From an uncultured virus (IMG/VR IMGVR_UViG_3300035126_000982) (taxonomy: Duplodnaviria > Heunggongvirae > Uroviricota > Caudoviricetes), in IMG/VR virus record IMGVR_UViG_3300035126_000982: 20,000 nt of DNA, one strand, 5' to 3'. The position numbers and the translations under genes are program-made. Positions 7,935-15,654 of the stretch are shown piece after piece. How positions within the stretch are numbered: the first letter of the stretch is position 1; each line of letters begins with the position of its first letter. Below the pieces are notes generated by a model. It was not told where the DNA came from, ran no database searches, and saw only the letters and a program-made list of their open reading frames with translations.

Positions 7935-8169
7935 CATTGTACTAACATTATTACTTTTTGTGGTGGGTGGAATTGTTGGATGGATTATTTCTTTGTATGT
8001 AAATAAAGAAGAAGATACTCGTCCTTTTATTCACCCTGAGTTCATGGACGCATCAGGAAACATACTTCCAGACGAAATTCTCGCATTAAGATTTACCCCC
8101 AAATTAGACATAGAAGAGGATTATTATGACACAGACCCCGACGAAGACGAAGCCGAAAACTACGGTTAA
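7909..8169 (+). CDS. Hypothetical membrane-anchored protein
   Basis: N-terminal TM helix, HPEF..GNI.PDEILALRF, acidic tail; AGGAG SD. Confidence 0.75.
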   Translation: MYGMTIYISIVLTLLLFVVGGIVGWIISLYVNKEEDTRPFIHPEFMDASGNILPDEILALRFTPKLDIEEDYYDTDPDEDEAENYG

Positions 8170-8689
8170 ACCAGTTAATTTACCAGCAAATCCATTTCAA
8201 CATGAGATTTTAGAACTCGCCTGTTCTCAAAGAACTCGGGCCAAGAAGATTGAGATTCTTCAAAAATACCAAAACAATGCTCTTGTTGCATTGTTTATTT
8301 GGAATTATGATGAATCTGTGGTTAGCCTAATTCCTCAAGGAGAAGTTCCCTATTCGGCAGCCGGAGATATGACATCTGGCAATGACACTCTTTCGGCTGC
8401 CATTGAAAAGCAAATTGATGATAAAATGGTTGATGCTCTTGGTGGTAATCAACGAACCACCCTAAGAAATGAGGCCGATAAGTTTTACATGTTTATCAAA
8501 GGTGGTAATGATTCTCTTTCTTCAATTCGACGAGAGACTATCTTTATTCAACTTCTAGAAGGTCTTCATCCAAAAGAGGCCCAGATTCTTTGTCTTGTAA
8601 AGGACAAGCGACTCACTGATGTTTATAATCTACCATTTGATCTGATTCAAGAGACCTTTCCCTTTATTCAATGGGGTGGGAGGTCATGA
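8126..8689 (+). CDS. T4-like cyanophage hypothetical protein
   Basis: PQGEVPY and RRETIFIQLLEGLHPKEA motifs recalled from cyanomyovirus core hypotheticals. Confidence 0.8.
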   Translation: MTQTPTKTKPKTTVKPVNLPANPFQHEILELACSQRTRAKKIEILQKYQNNALVALFIWNYDESVVSLIPQGEVPYSAAGDMTSGNDTLSAAIEKQIDDKMVDALGGNQRTTLRNEADKFYMFIKGGNDSLSSIRRETIFIQLLEGLHPKEAQILCLVKDKRLTDVYNLPFDLIQETFPFIQWGGRS

Positions 8690-8988
8690 TGTGGACCGAA
8701 GAAGAAAAAAAGAATCTTCCCAGGAAGTATAATTGCCAACTGATTTATTCTAGTGCTTCTTTAGAACAGGCCAGGGACAAGTCTCTTCCTCGGGATGCCT
8801 ATCTAGTCTATTATAAGGATAATGAAGGTAATCTCGCAATGGATGTTTGTAGATGTAGTAAAAAGGTTAATTTGTTTGATCTTTATTACGATAAATTTGG
8901 AAATGTTCAAAAAATTGCGTTTGGTTATGGTAATGTGAGTCCTAAACTCTGGGGCGAAGAACCTAAAAAGAAAAAGAGGAATTCTTGA
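8686..8988 (+). CDS. Hypothetical protein
   Basis: ATGA coupling, GGAGG SD. Confidence 0.7.
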   Translation: MMWTEEEKKNLPRKYNCQLIYSSASLEQARDKSLPRDAYLVYYKDNEGNLAMDVCRCSKKVNLFDLYYDKFGNVQKIAFGYGNVSPKLWGEEPKKKKRNS

Positions 8989-9182
8989 TGTCAGATGGAT
9001 TTGGAGACAACAAAAAAGTCAAGATCTCGGTAAATCGAGATGAAATCAATAAAATTATCAAAAAGTACAAAAGAGCCAAGAAACTTATGAGAACCAATGT
9101 TTATCAGGTGCAGGTCATGGACGGCACCGAGACTTATATTTCTGGTCTAATCAAAGAGGCCAAGTCAGATCCGCCTGAGTAA
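8988..9182 (+). CDS. Hypothetical protein
   Basis: TGATG coupling. Confidence 0.6.
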   Translation: MSDGFGDNKKVKISVNRDEINKIIKKYKRAKKLMRTNVYQVQVMDGTETYISGLIKEAKSDPPE

Positions 9183-9185
9183 GAA

Positions 9186-9512
9186 ATGGGAAAGCACTAC
9201 ATCTTAAACCTTTATGGTTGCGAATTTAATGTTCTAGACGATCTAGAATTTCTTGTTCAACTTTTAGTAGACTCGGCTCTTCTTTGTGGGGCCACTATTT
9301 TAGAAAGATGCTCTTATAAATTCCAACCACAAGGAGTCACGGCCATTCTTCTTCTTGCCGAATCTCATATTTCAATTCATACTGTTCCAGAAAAAGGAGA
9401 GGCCTATGTTGATTTTTATACGTGTAGTGTAGTAGACCCAATTGTTGGCTGTCAAAATGTAATTGAAAAACTGGTCCCTTCTTCACATAAACTTGAACTA
9501 ATTGAAAGATGA
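9186..9512 (+). CDS. speD: S-adenosylmethionine decarboxylase proenzyme-like (pyruvoyl-dependent)
   Basis: MGKH, FQPQGVT, LAESHISIHT (E|S autocleavage), D-x-YTC. Confidence 0.9.
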   Translation: MGKHYILNLYGCEFNVLDDLEFLVQLLVDSALLCGATILERCSYKFQPQGVTAILLLAESHISIHTVPEKGEAYVDFYTCSVVDPIVGCQNVIEKLVPSSHKLELIER

Positions 9513-9736
9513 ATCCTGAAAGAGTCAAATTAATTATTAAAAATATGGAGCTTCTTTTGGCCCAGTTAAAATTAGAATATGATGAAGAGGAGCCCACACC
9601 AAAAAGACAAAAAGAAAACTTTATAGATATAAGGGATCTTCTTAGACCAGAAGAATATGAAGAACCAGAGTATTATGAAGAACCGGAAGATGATTTACCA
9701 AATGTTTCAGTAAGATGGAGGAATGATGATGTATGA
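9509..9736 (+). CDS. Acidic hypothetical protein
   Basis: ATGA coupling; KLIIKNMELLL N-terminus. Confidence 0.7.
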   Translation: MNPERVKLIIKNMELLLAQLKLEYDEEEPTPKRQKENFIDIRDLLRPEEYEEPEYYEEPEDDLPNVSVRWRNDDV

Positions 9737-9890
9737 TCTAAATGATTTTGAAAAGGGCCTAGGAAACTTTTCCGACCGCGTAGAGATTATTGTTGGCCTA
9801 GAAATTGGTGATAAGATTTCTTCCGATGAGGCTTATAAAATGATTAAAGAAGAGTTTAAAAAACTTGAAAAACTACGGAAGGAAAATTGA
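9729..9890 (+). CDS. Small hypothetical protein, about 53 aa (MYDLNDFEKGLGNFSDRVEII...); not in ORF track
   Basis: GGAGG SD; fills the gap before thyX. Confidence 0.65.
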   Translation: MYDLNDFEKGLGNFSDRVEIIVGLEIGDKISSDEAYKMIKEEFKKLEKLRKEN

Positions 9891-9892
9891 TT

Positions 9893-11599
9893 ATGAGACC
9901 AGTTAAAGCAGCCGATCTTCTTGAATTAGATAAAAGTTTACAGACAGTGGTTCTTCAGTGTTATCCTATTCCTGAGCAGGTTATATACCAGGCGGCAAAG
10001 TGTGATTATTCTGAAACACCTATTCATGAACAAGTAATTCCTTCTCCGGCTAAATGTGGTGAGTGGATTGTAGAAACTCTTTTGGCTAATGATAAGGGTC
10101 ATTATGGAAGCGTAGAGCATCCAGCAATCACACTTTCTGTTTCTGGTTATGTTCATAGCGTAATGGTGCAGGCCAGAACTCATCGAGTCGGAGTTACTTT
10201 TGACTGCTTAGCAGGAGAAAGTTTAATTACCGTGAATAAAAGAAAAAAAGTAAAGACTACAACTATTTCTCAGTTGTATGAAATGTATACTAAAGGAGAA
10301 GAACTTCCTTTAGTCCGAAGTCTTAATGAAGATAGGGGTTATTTTGAATATTCAAAGATTGGAAAAGTATTTAAAAACACGGAAAAAGATCTATATCTAG
10401 TTACCCTAGATGATGGAAAGCAACTAAAGTGCTCAATGGACCACCGAATTTTCACTGAAAATGGATGGCAGCGCCTTAAAGAACTTAGTGTAGGCGATAA
10501 GGTATCCTGTAATGGCGTATCTTTGGCCTTAATTGGTGAAGCCAGGGAAAAGTATACTAATCCAGTTTGGTTGGCGTCAGAATTAAAAACTAAGACGCCA
10601 ATGCAAATATCTAAGGAACTAGGAGTCTCTTATGAGGTTATTAAAAAATATGCTTATAAATTTGGGTTAACCTGGGAAATTAGGAAGGACCATAATACTG
10701 GTAAAAAACTGGATACCTCTCATTTTACCGAAGAGCAAAGAAAATTGCGAAAAGAAAATGCAATTAAAAATATTTCTAAGGCTCATGAAAAAATAGAAGA
10801 ATGTGGTCATCCTGGTAGAAAACATCCGGATAATACAGAAGTCAGAGTTTATAATTGGCAAAAATATAACAAAGAAAATATTCTGGATCATCATGGAAGG
10901 ATCTGCTCTAATTGCGGGGCAACAACTAAACTTCATTGCCATCATAAAACACCTGTTAAAGAAGACATCAATCAAGCGTATAACATTGATAATTATGAGA
11001 TCCTGTGCTCTAGTTGTCACGCTAAAGAACATAAGGCATTAAGGACACACTTTGTTTCAATTTCTTCAATTGAGTTTTTGCGGACTGATATTACTTATGA
11101 TATTGAGGTTGATGGAAAATATCATAATTTTGTTTGCGACGGAGTTGTGGTACACAATTGTCAATCTCAACGCTATACGGGTAAACGAGTATTAAAGGTT
11201 GTCAACGACGAACTTCCAGTTGAAGACGTTTTTTATATTCGTCCTCCAGGGTATTATACAAATCGTCAAGGTAAAAAATATGATTGGACCCTCGCTGACT
11301 ATAATGATGAATTAGATTTCATTTATGAGGGGTGTAAGAGATACGCAGCAAAGTATGAAAAGGGGATGTGTGAGGAACACATCAGAGATTATCTCCCACA
11401 AGCTATTCGTCAAAACTTTGTAGTATCATTTAACCTCAGGTCTGTTCTACATTTTATGGATCTTAGGGCAAAGATGGACGCCCAACTAGAAATTCAGGCT
11501 CTTTGTGCCCAGATGGCGCCTATTCTTGAGAAATGGGCTCCTAATGTCTGGAAGTATTATGAAGAAAAACGTCTACATAAAGGTAAACTAGCCCCATAA
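9893..11599 (+). CDS. thyX: Flavin-dependent thymidylate synthase precursor containing an intein (about 250 aa after splicing)
   Basis: GHYGSVEH, RTHRVGVTFD|CQSQRY signature split by an insertion, RDYLPQ, NLRSVLHFMDLR, AQLEI. Confidence 0.93.
   Translation: MRPVKAADLLELDKSLQTVVLQCYPIPEQVIYQAAKCDYSETPIHEQVIPSPAKCGEWIVETLLANDKGHYGSVEHPAITLSVSGYVHSVMVQARTHRVGVTFDCLAGESLITVNKRKKVKTTTISQLYEMYTKGEELPLVRSLNEDRGYFEYSKIGKVFKNTEKDLYLVTLDDGKQLKCSMDHRIFTENGWQRLKELSVGDKVSCNGVSLALIGEAREKYTNPVWLASELKTKTPMQISKELGVSYEVIKKYAYKFGLTWEIRKDHNTGKKLDTSHFTEEQRKLRKENAIKNISKAHEKIEECGHPGRKHPDNTEVRVYNWQKYNKENILDHHGRICSNCGATTKLHCHHKTPVKEDINQAYNIDNYEILCSSCHAKEHKALRTHFVSISSIEFLRTDITYDIEVDGKYHNFVCDGVVVHNCQSQRYTGKRVLKVVNDELPVEDVFYIRPPGYYTNRQGKKYDWTLADYNDELDFIYEGCKRYAAKYEKGMCEEHIRDYLPQAIRQNFVVSFNLRSVLHFMDLRAKMDAQLEIQALCAQMAPILEKWAPNVWKYYEEKRLHKGKLAP
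10205..11158 (+). mobile_element. Intein (318 aa) with an HNH homing endonuclease
   Basis: Block A CLAGESLI, block B CSMDHRIFT, block F TYDIEV..YHNFV, block G VVHN followed by extein Cys; internal CSNC..HCHH..N..LCSSCHAKEH. Confidence 0.93.
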
Positions 11600-11604
11600 A
11601 CCCT

Positions 11605-11748
11605 ATGAAACTACCTCTTTCACCTATAATGCGTAGAATTCTTGCAGATCCTGTTGCGAGTAAACAACTTCAAAAGGCTCTAGTAGATAGAGACACTCGT
11701 ATTGAGTTGGATGGTAAAATATATAAAATCACATCTGCCCAATTTTAA
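11605..11748 (+). CDS. Small hypothetical protein, 47 aa (MKLPLSPIMRRILADP...); not in ORF track
   Basis: Fills the gap after thyX. Confidence 0.55.
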   Translation: MKLPLSPIMRRILADPVASKQLQKALVDRDTRIELDGKIYKITSAQF

Positions 11749-11757
11749 TTTAAAACC

Positions 11758-11922
11758 ATGAAATCTTATTGCATAAAAGACCATGAGACTGGTCATGTTT
11801 TTAAGATTCTTCTGACCCAAGAAGAATTTTTAGAATTTCTGGCCGATAATCCAGAAATGGATGAATGCGTTGATTGCGTCGAATGCGAAGACGCTAGTAG
11901 TATCACATTGGAGGATTATTGA
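11758..11922 (+). CDS. Small hypothetical protein, 54 aa, with CxxCxxC (MKSYCIKDHETGHVFKILL...); not in ORF track
   Basis: TGATG coupling to the next gene; N-terminus resembles the next ORF (Y...TG...). Confidence 0.6.
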   Translation: MKSYCIKDHETGHVFKILLTQEEFLEFLADNPEMDECVDCVECEDASSITLEDY

Positions 11923-12176
11923 TGCCCTTATATCCAGTAATTAACAAAAACACAGGCGAAACAAAAGAACTCAGCATGACTATTGCGGAGTGGGAAAAGT
12001 GGAAAGAAGAAAACTTTAAGGACGGTTGGGATAGGGACTGGAGTTGCGGATGCGCTTCTGCGGCTGAATCAGGTTTTTGGCAAGATAAACTGTCAAAGTC
12101 TCATCCTAGCTGGAATGAGGTTCTTAAAAAGGCTAAAAAAGCTGGTGGTATGAATTCAAAAATGGACACTTTATGA
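11922..12176 (+). CDS. Small protein upstream of phoH (FmdB-like N-terminus without zinc ligands)
   Basis: MPLYPVINKNTGE..., W.EVLKK; position typical for cyanomyoviruses. Confidence 0.7.
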   Translation: MPLYPVINKNTGETKELSMTIAEWEKWKEENFKDGWDRDWSCGCASAAESGFWQDKLSKSHPSWNEVLKKAKKAGGMNSKMDTL

Positions 12177-12946
12177 CACGATCAAGAGCAACTCGTAAAT
12201 CCAGGCAACAGGCAAACATCCCACTAAACAAGAAAAAACCCCAGTCACCACTAATAACTCTTGATCATCTAGTCGAACTCCAACCATTAACCGAAAATCA
12301 AGAACGACTTTTTGATTTTTATGATGAAGGCAAAAACATCGTGGCCCATGGATACCCCGGAACCGGTAAGAGTATTTCGTTAATTTACAAGGCCCTAGAA
12401 GAAGTCCTGGATCCATCGACTCCTTATAAAAAGGTAATTGTCGTAAGATCCACCGTTGCAACACGCGACATTGGATTTCTCCCTGGATCAATTTCTGAAA
12501 AAATTGCAGAATTTGAAGTACCTTATAAGTACATGATCAAAAATCTTTTCGATTTCAATTCTGACGAAAAGTATGAGATGCTTTATGGGAACCTAAAGGC
12601 CCAGAAGAGTTTTTATTTTATGCCAACGAGTTTTATTCGTGGGATGACAATTGACGAGGCCGTTATAATTGTTGATGAATTTCAGAATTTATCATATCAT
12701 GAATTAGACAGTATCATTACACGAGTGGGTCTGGATAGTAAGATACATTTCAGTGGTGACATTGCCCAATCGGATCTTATAAAAAAAACAGAAAAAGACG
12801 GGGCCGCATTGTTCCTGAAGATTCTTGGTCAAATGGAATCTTTTGAGACGATTAATTTTGGTATTGATGATATTTGTAGGTCCTCTTTAGTTAAAGAGTA
12901 TATTGTCGCAAAATACAACCTTGGATTATTTTCAGAACCCTCTTGA
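12173..12946 (+). CDS. phoH: PhoH-family ATPase
   Basis: Walker A GYPGTGKS, IGFLPG, FIRGMT, IIVDEFQN, SGDIAQSD, DICRS. Confidence 0.95.
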   Translation: MTRSRATRKSRQQANIPLNKKKPQSPLITLDHLVELQPLTENQERLFDFYDEGKNIVAHGYPGTGKSISLIYKALEEVLDPSTPYKKVIVVRSTVATRDIGFLPGSISEKIAEFEVPYKYMIKNLFDFNSDEKYEMLYGNLKAQKSFYFMPTSFIRGMTIDEAVIIVDEFQNLSYHELDSIITRVGLDSKIHFSGDIAQSDLIKKTEKDGAALFLKILGQMESFETINFGIDDICRSSLVKEYIVAKYNLGLFSEPS

Positions 12947-12971
12947 CAAATCCAGGAGACCATGCTACAAT
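12943..12971 (+). promoter_or_regulatory. Sigma70-like early promoter TTGACA-N17-TACAAT with extended TG
   Basis: TTGACA 12943-12948; TGC-TACAAT 12963-12971. Confidence 0.8.
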
Positions 12972-12996
12972 TACACCAAGATCAGAGCCAGATAAA

Positions 12997-13665
12997 ATGT
13001 TTATACACAAGCCGATAGAAGTTCCAAAGTTAGAAAGATTCCATATAGACGGGAAACGTTTTTATAAAAAAGTAGATTCTGATGAATTAAAGAACTACAT
13101 TTCTATTACCACGGTTACTTCTCATTATACTAAAGAAAAGTTTGCTCTATGGAGGCAACGAGTTGGAGAGGAAGAGGCCAATAGGATCACCAAGGCCGCA
13201 ACGACAAGAGGAACCCAGATGCACTCTCTTGTTGAACATTACCTGGCAAACGAGCCCCTACCAAAAGCGGCCCCTCTACCCAGAACCTTATTTGAAATTA
13301 TCAGGCCAGAAGTAGATAAAATTAACAACATTATTGGAGTTGAAATTCCTCTTTATTCTGATTATTTTAATATTGCAGGTACTGCCGACACTATCGGTGA
13401 ATACAACGGCCAAATGAGTATAATTGACTACAAAACTTCTGCAAAAGTCAAACCAAGAGAGTTTGTCGAGAATTATTTTGTACAGGCCGCTGCATATTCC
13501 GCGATGTTATTTCAGATGACGGGCATAAAGGCTAAACAGTTAGTAATCATAATGGCATGTGAAAGTGGTGAAGTCGAAACATATATAGAGACCGACATTA
13601 TGAAATACCTAAAACTCCTACAAAAATACATTAAAAAGTTCAAGGACGATCATGAAAACTTTTAA
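12997..13665 (+). CDS. PD-(D/E)xK Cas4-like exonuclease; start re-called to ATG 12997
   Basis: SITTV, W..RVGEEEAN, RGT.MH, AGTAD, IIDYKTS, QAAAY; the ORF-track TTG start is the -35 box. Confidence 0.9.
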   Translation: MFIHKPIEVPKLERFHIDGKRFYKKVDSDELKNYISITTVTSHYTKEKFALWRQRVGEEEANRITKAATTRGTQMHSLVEHYLANEPLPKAAPLPRTLFEIIRPEVDKINNIIGVEIPLYSDYFNIAGTADTIGEYNGQMSIIDYKTSAKVKPREFVENYFVQAAAYSAMLFQMTGIKAKQLVIIMACESGEVETYIETDIMKYLKLLQKYIKKFKDDHENF

Positions 13666-13927
13666 TTATAAACAAGAACTAAAAAAAGAATTAGAAAATA
13701 AGTTCCACTCGCCAGAAAAGTTTTCACAAGAAATCGAGAACCTAATCATAAAAAACCCAGAATATAACTACATCACCGCAATCATTGAATACTGTGAGTC
13801 CAATGATATTGATGTGGAACTGGTCCCAAAACTAATCACCAAACCACTAAAAGAAAAACTCAATCAGAAACTCTCCAACAATTGGCGTCTGACAAAAATC
13901 GTTATGTTAGGAAAGCTGTTGCACTAA
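13652..13927 (+). pseudogene. gp33: Truncated gp33 paralog: first 70 aa gp33-like, C-terminus replaced by out-of-frame repeat sequence
   Basis: 40/53 aa identical to the downstream copy over FHSPEKF...PLKEKL; lacks the KWNATELNFLKK...LPI tail. Confidence 0.7.
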
Positions 13928-14022
13928 ATCCGAACGCATCGTCAGAAACTCTCCAACAATTGGCAACGGATAAAAGTTATAAGGTTAGGAAAAAAGTTAT
14001 ACTAAATTTAAATAACTCTTAA
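13864..14022 (+). repeat. Two tandem 78-nt units encoding LRV/HEAT-like repeats (SETLQQLASDKNRYVRKAVALNPNAS SETLQQLATDKSYKVRKKVILNLNNS*)
   Basis: Exact 23-bp repeat TCAGAAACTCTCCAACAATTGGC at 13864 and 13942; L..LA.D....VR..VA.NPN pattern; in the -1 frame relative to the truncated gp33; no ATG of its own. Confidence 0.8.
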
Positions 14023-14050
14023 TTAATTGAACGGCTGGTTTTTATGTCGG

Positions 14051-14057
14051 CTAAATA
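14051..14057 (+). promoter_or_regulatory. Putative late promoter CTAAATA upstream of intact gp33
   Basis: Same motif as at 1719, 4699, 6903 and 7746. Confidence 0.5.
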
Positions 14058-14093
14058 GACGATTATGGGTTGGTAAACCTGTCAAAAAAGATC

Positions 14094-14369
14094 ATGAATA
14101 AAGCAAAAGAATACAAAAAACAATTAGAAGAAGAACTCAAAAAGAGATTCCATTCCCCTGAAAAGTTCGCTCAAGAAATTGAACAACTTGTTCTAGAAAA
14201 TGGGAATTATAATTATATCACCGCAATTGTTGAATATTGTGATGATAATGATATTGATCTGGAAATGGTTCCGAAACTTCTAACCAAACCACTGAAAGAA
14301 AAACTAAAGTGGAATGCGACTGAACTTAACTTTCTCAAGAAGACTTCTTTAGGAAGACTTCCGATTTGA
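14094..14369 (+). CDS. gp33: Late-promoter transcription coactivator gp33; start ATG 14094
   Basis: KFAQEIE, YITAIVEYC..NDID, KLLTKPLKEKLKWNATELNFLKK..LPI; synteny exonuclease-gp33-gp59-gp32. Confidence 0.9.
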   Translation: MNKAKEYKKQLEEELKKRFHSPEKFAQEIEQLVLENGNYNYITAIVEYCDDNDIDLEMVPKLLTKPLKEKLKWNATELNFLKKTSLGRLPI

Positions 14370-14373
14370 CCAC

Positions 14374-14402
14374 TTGACAAAATCCCAATGAGCGCCTATA
14401 AT
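14374..14402 (+). promoter_or_regulatory. Consensus sigma70 promoter TTGACA-N17-TATAAT straddling the gp59 start
   Basis: TTGACA 14374-14379; TATAAT 14397-14402. Confidence 0.7.
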
Positions 14403-14969
14403 GTCTACGAGACGTATCTGGCTCTTCGTCAGCATTTTACGAATCCAAATTATGACTATTTCCGGTATTCAGGAAAAGTAAAAACCAATATTGATTCCTT
14501 TAATAAAAGACGAGACAGATACTTTTTTGAAAAGCTCTCAAGAAAGAAAACCGAACCAGAGATTATAAATTACTTTGTTTCAAACTTTATAGAATCCTCT
14601 GATCCGTCTAAAATGTGGGTCGGAGAACTCAAGACTAACGGAGACGAGAATTATTTAAACTGGAAAACCAGAACTCAGTCGCTTTCATATCGATTCAAAC
14701 AAGAACTAAATATACTGACTGAAAAGCATCATCTCTACGAGGCATTGTTTTCAGAGAATGGATCTCATTCACGAATTATTAAACAATATTTGGGGGGGAA
14801 GGTTTCAATCGAAACATTAGTGATTTTAGAAGATCTAACATCTTTTATGAAGAAATTAAATGCTAATGACGTTGTAGTTTCTTTGGTGATTCATAAGGTT
14901 AGAAAATATAGGCCGTTTCTTTCTTATGATAAAGAGATCTTTATTCAAGAAATTCGGTCAAGATTATGA
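14388..14969 (+). CDS. gp59: Helicase loader gp59
   Basis: Y..YLALRQHF...YDYFRY.GK, F.KRRDRYFFEKLS, VSIETLVIL. Confidence 0.92.
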   Translation: MSAYNVYETYLALRQHFTNPNYDYFRYSGKVKTNIDSFNKRRDRYFFEKLSRKKTEPEIINYFVSNFIESSDPSKMWVGELKTNGDENYLNWKTRTQSLSYRFKQELNILTEKHHLYEALFSENGSHSRIIKQYLGGKVSIETLVILEDLTSFMKKLNANDVVVSLVIHKVRKYRPFLSYDKEIFIQEIRSRL

Positions 14970-14996
14970 TTATTTGTACTTTATTGGTTATTAAAA

Positions 14997-15437
14997 ATGG
15001 ATATTAGAACTTATGCGATTAATGAACTCACTAAAATTGGAATGTATGATTCAGGTGATGAGATGAATGATGCAATGTGCGAACACATTCTCAAAATGGT
15101 GGACGTATTTGCCGAAGAAGGAAACTCTGGATTTTCAGCAAATTATGCAATTAATATTCTTCAAAAACTTTTGCGATTTGAGCCACTCTCTCCCCTGACC
15201 GGAGAAGATGATGAGTGGGATGATATTAGTGATCATTTTGAAGGCCGAGAAGTATATCAAAATAAACGATTATCTAGGGTGTTTAAGGATGGTAAGGATG
15301 GACAAGCATACGATAATCAAGGTAAGGTATTTGTAGAGCCTGATGGTTGTTGTTATACTAGTCGTGATAGTCGAGTATATATTGACTTTCCTTACACGCC
15401 AAAAACTAAATATATTCAAGTAGAAAAATCTGAATAA
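14997..15437 (+). CDS. Hypothetical phage protein
   Basis: Clean ORF with GNSGFSA, PLSPLTGEDDEW, YQNKRLSRVFK; function unknown. Confidence 0.75.
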   Translation: MDIRTYAINELTKIGMYDSGDEMNDAMCEHILKMVDVFAEEGNSGFSANYAINILQKLLRFEPLSPLTGEDDEWDDISDHFEGREVYQNKRLSRVFKDGKDGQAYDNQGKVFVEPDGCCYTSRDSRVYIDFPYTPKTKYIQVEKSE

Positions 15438-15441
15438 TATT

Positions 15442-15654
15442 ATGGAAATAGATTACGCAAAAGTATCACAATATCTTAAAGAATATTATGGTTGTGGTAG
15501 AATACTTATTGACTTTTGTGAACTTGAAGGTAAAATGGTAATTCATAAACACCATATTCTTAAAGATGGTAGACTAAGAATGGGATCCCTTACTTCTTAT
15601 GACTATAAAGATTTTGAACGTATTACTAAACGATTAAATAACAAATCTGAATAA
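15442..15654 (+). CDS. Hypothetical protein flanked by 13-bp direct repeats
   Basis: ORF; AAATCTGAATAAT at 15426 and 15643. Confidence 0.6.
   Translation: MEIDYAKVSQYLKEYYGCGRILIDFCELEGKMVIHKHHILKDGRLRMGSLTSYDYKDFERITKRLNNKSE

Noticed and set aside
10205..11158. Group I intron as the explanation for the thyX insertion
   Set aside because: The insertion is fully in frame with intein terminal residues and no stop codons
12997..13665. Cas4-like nuclease as evidence of a CRISPR-Cas system
   Set aside because: It is the usual stand-alone exonuclease between phoH and gp33 in cyanomyoviruses; no other cas genes are present
13864..13964. 23-bp direct repeats just downstream of a Cas4-like gene as a mini-CRISPR array
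   Set aside because: Only two copies, the intervening sequences are homologous to each other, and the 78-nt period translates to a protein repeat
15509..15536. TTGACT-N16-TAAAAT internal promoter for gp32
   Set aside because: Suboptimal spacing, inside a CDS, and plausible by chance in AT-rich DNA
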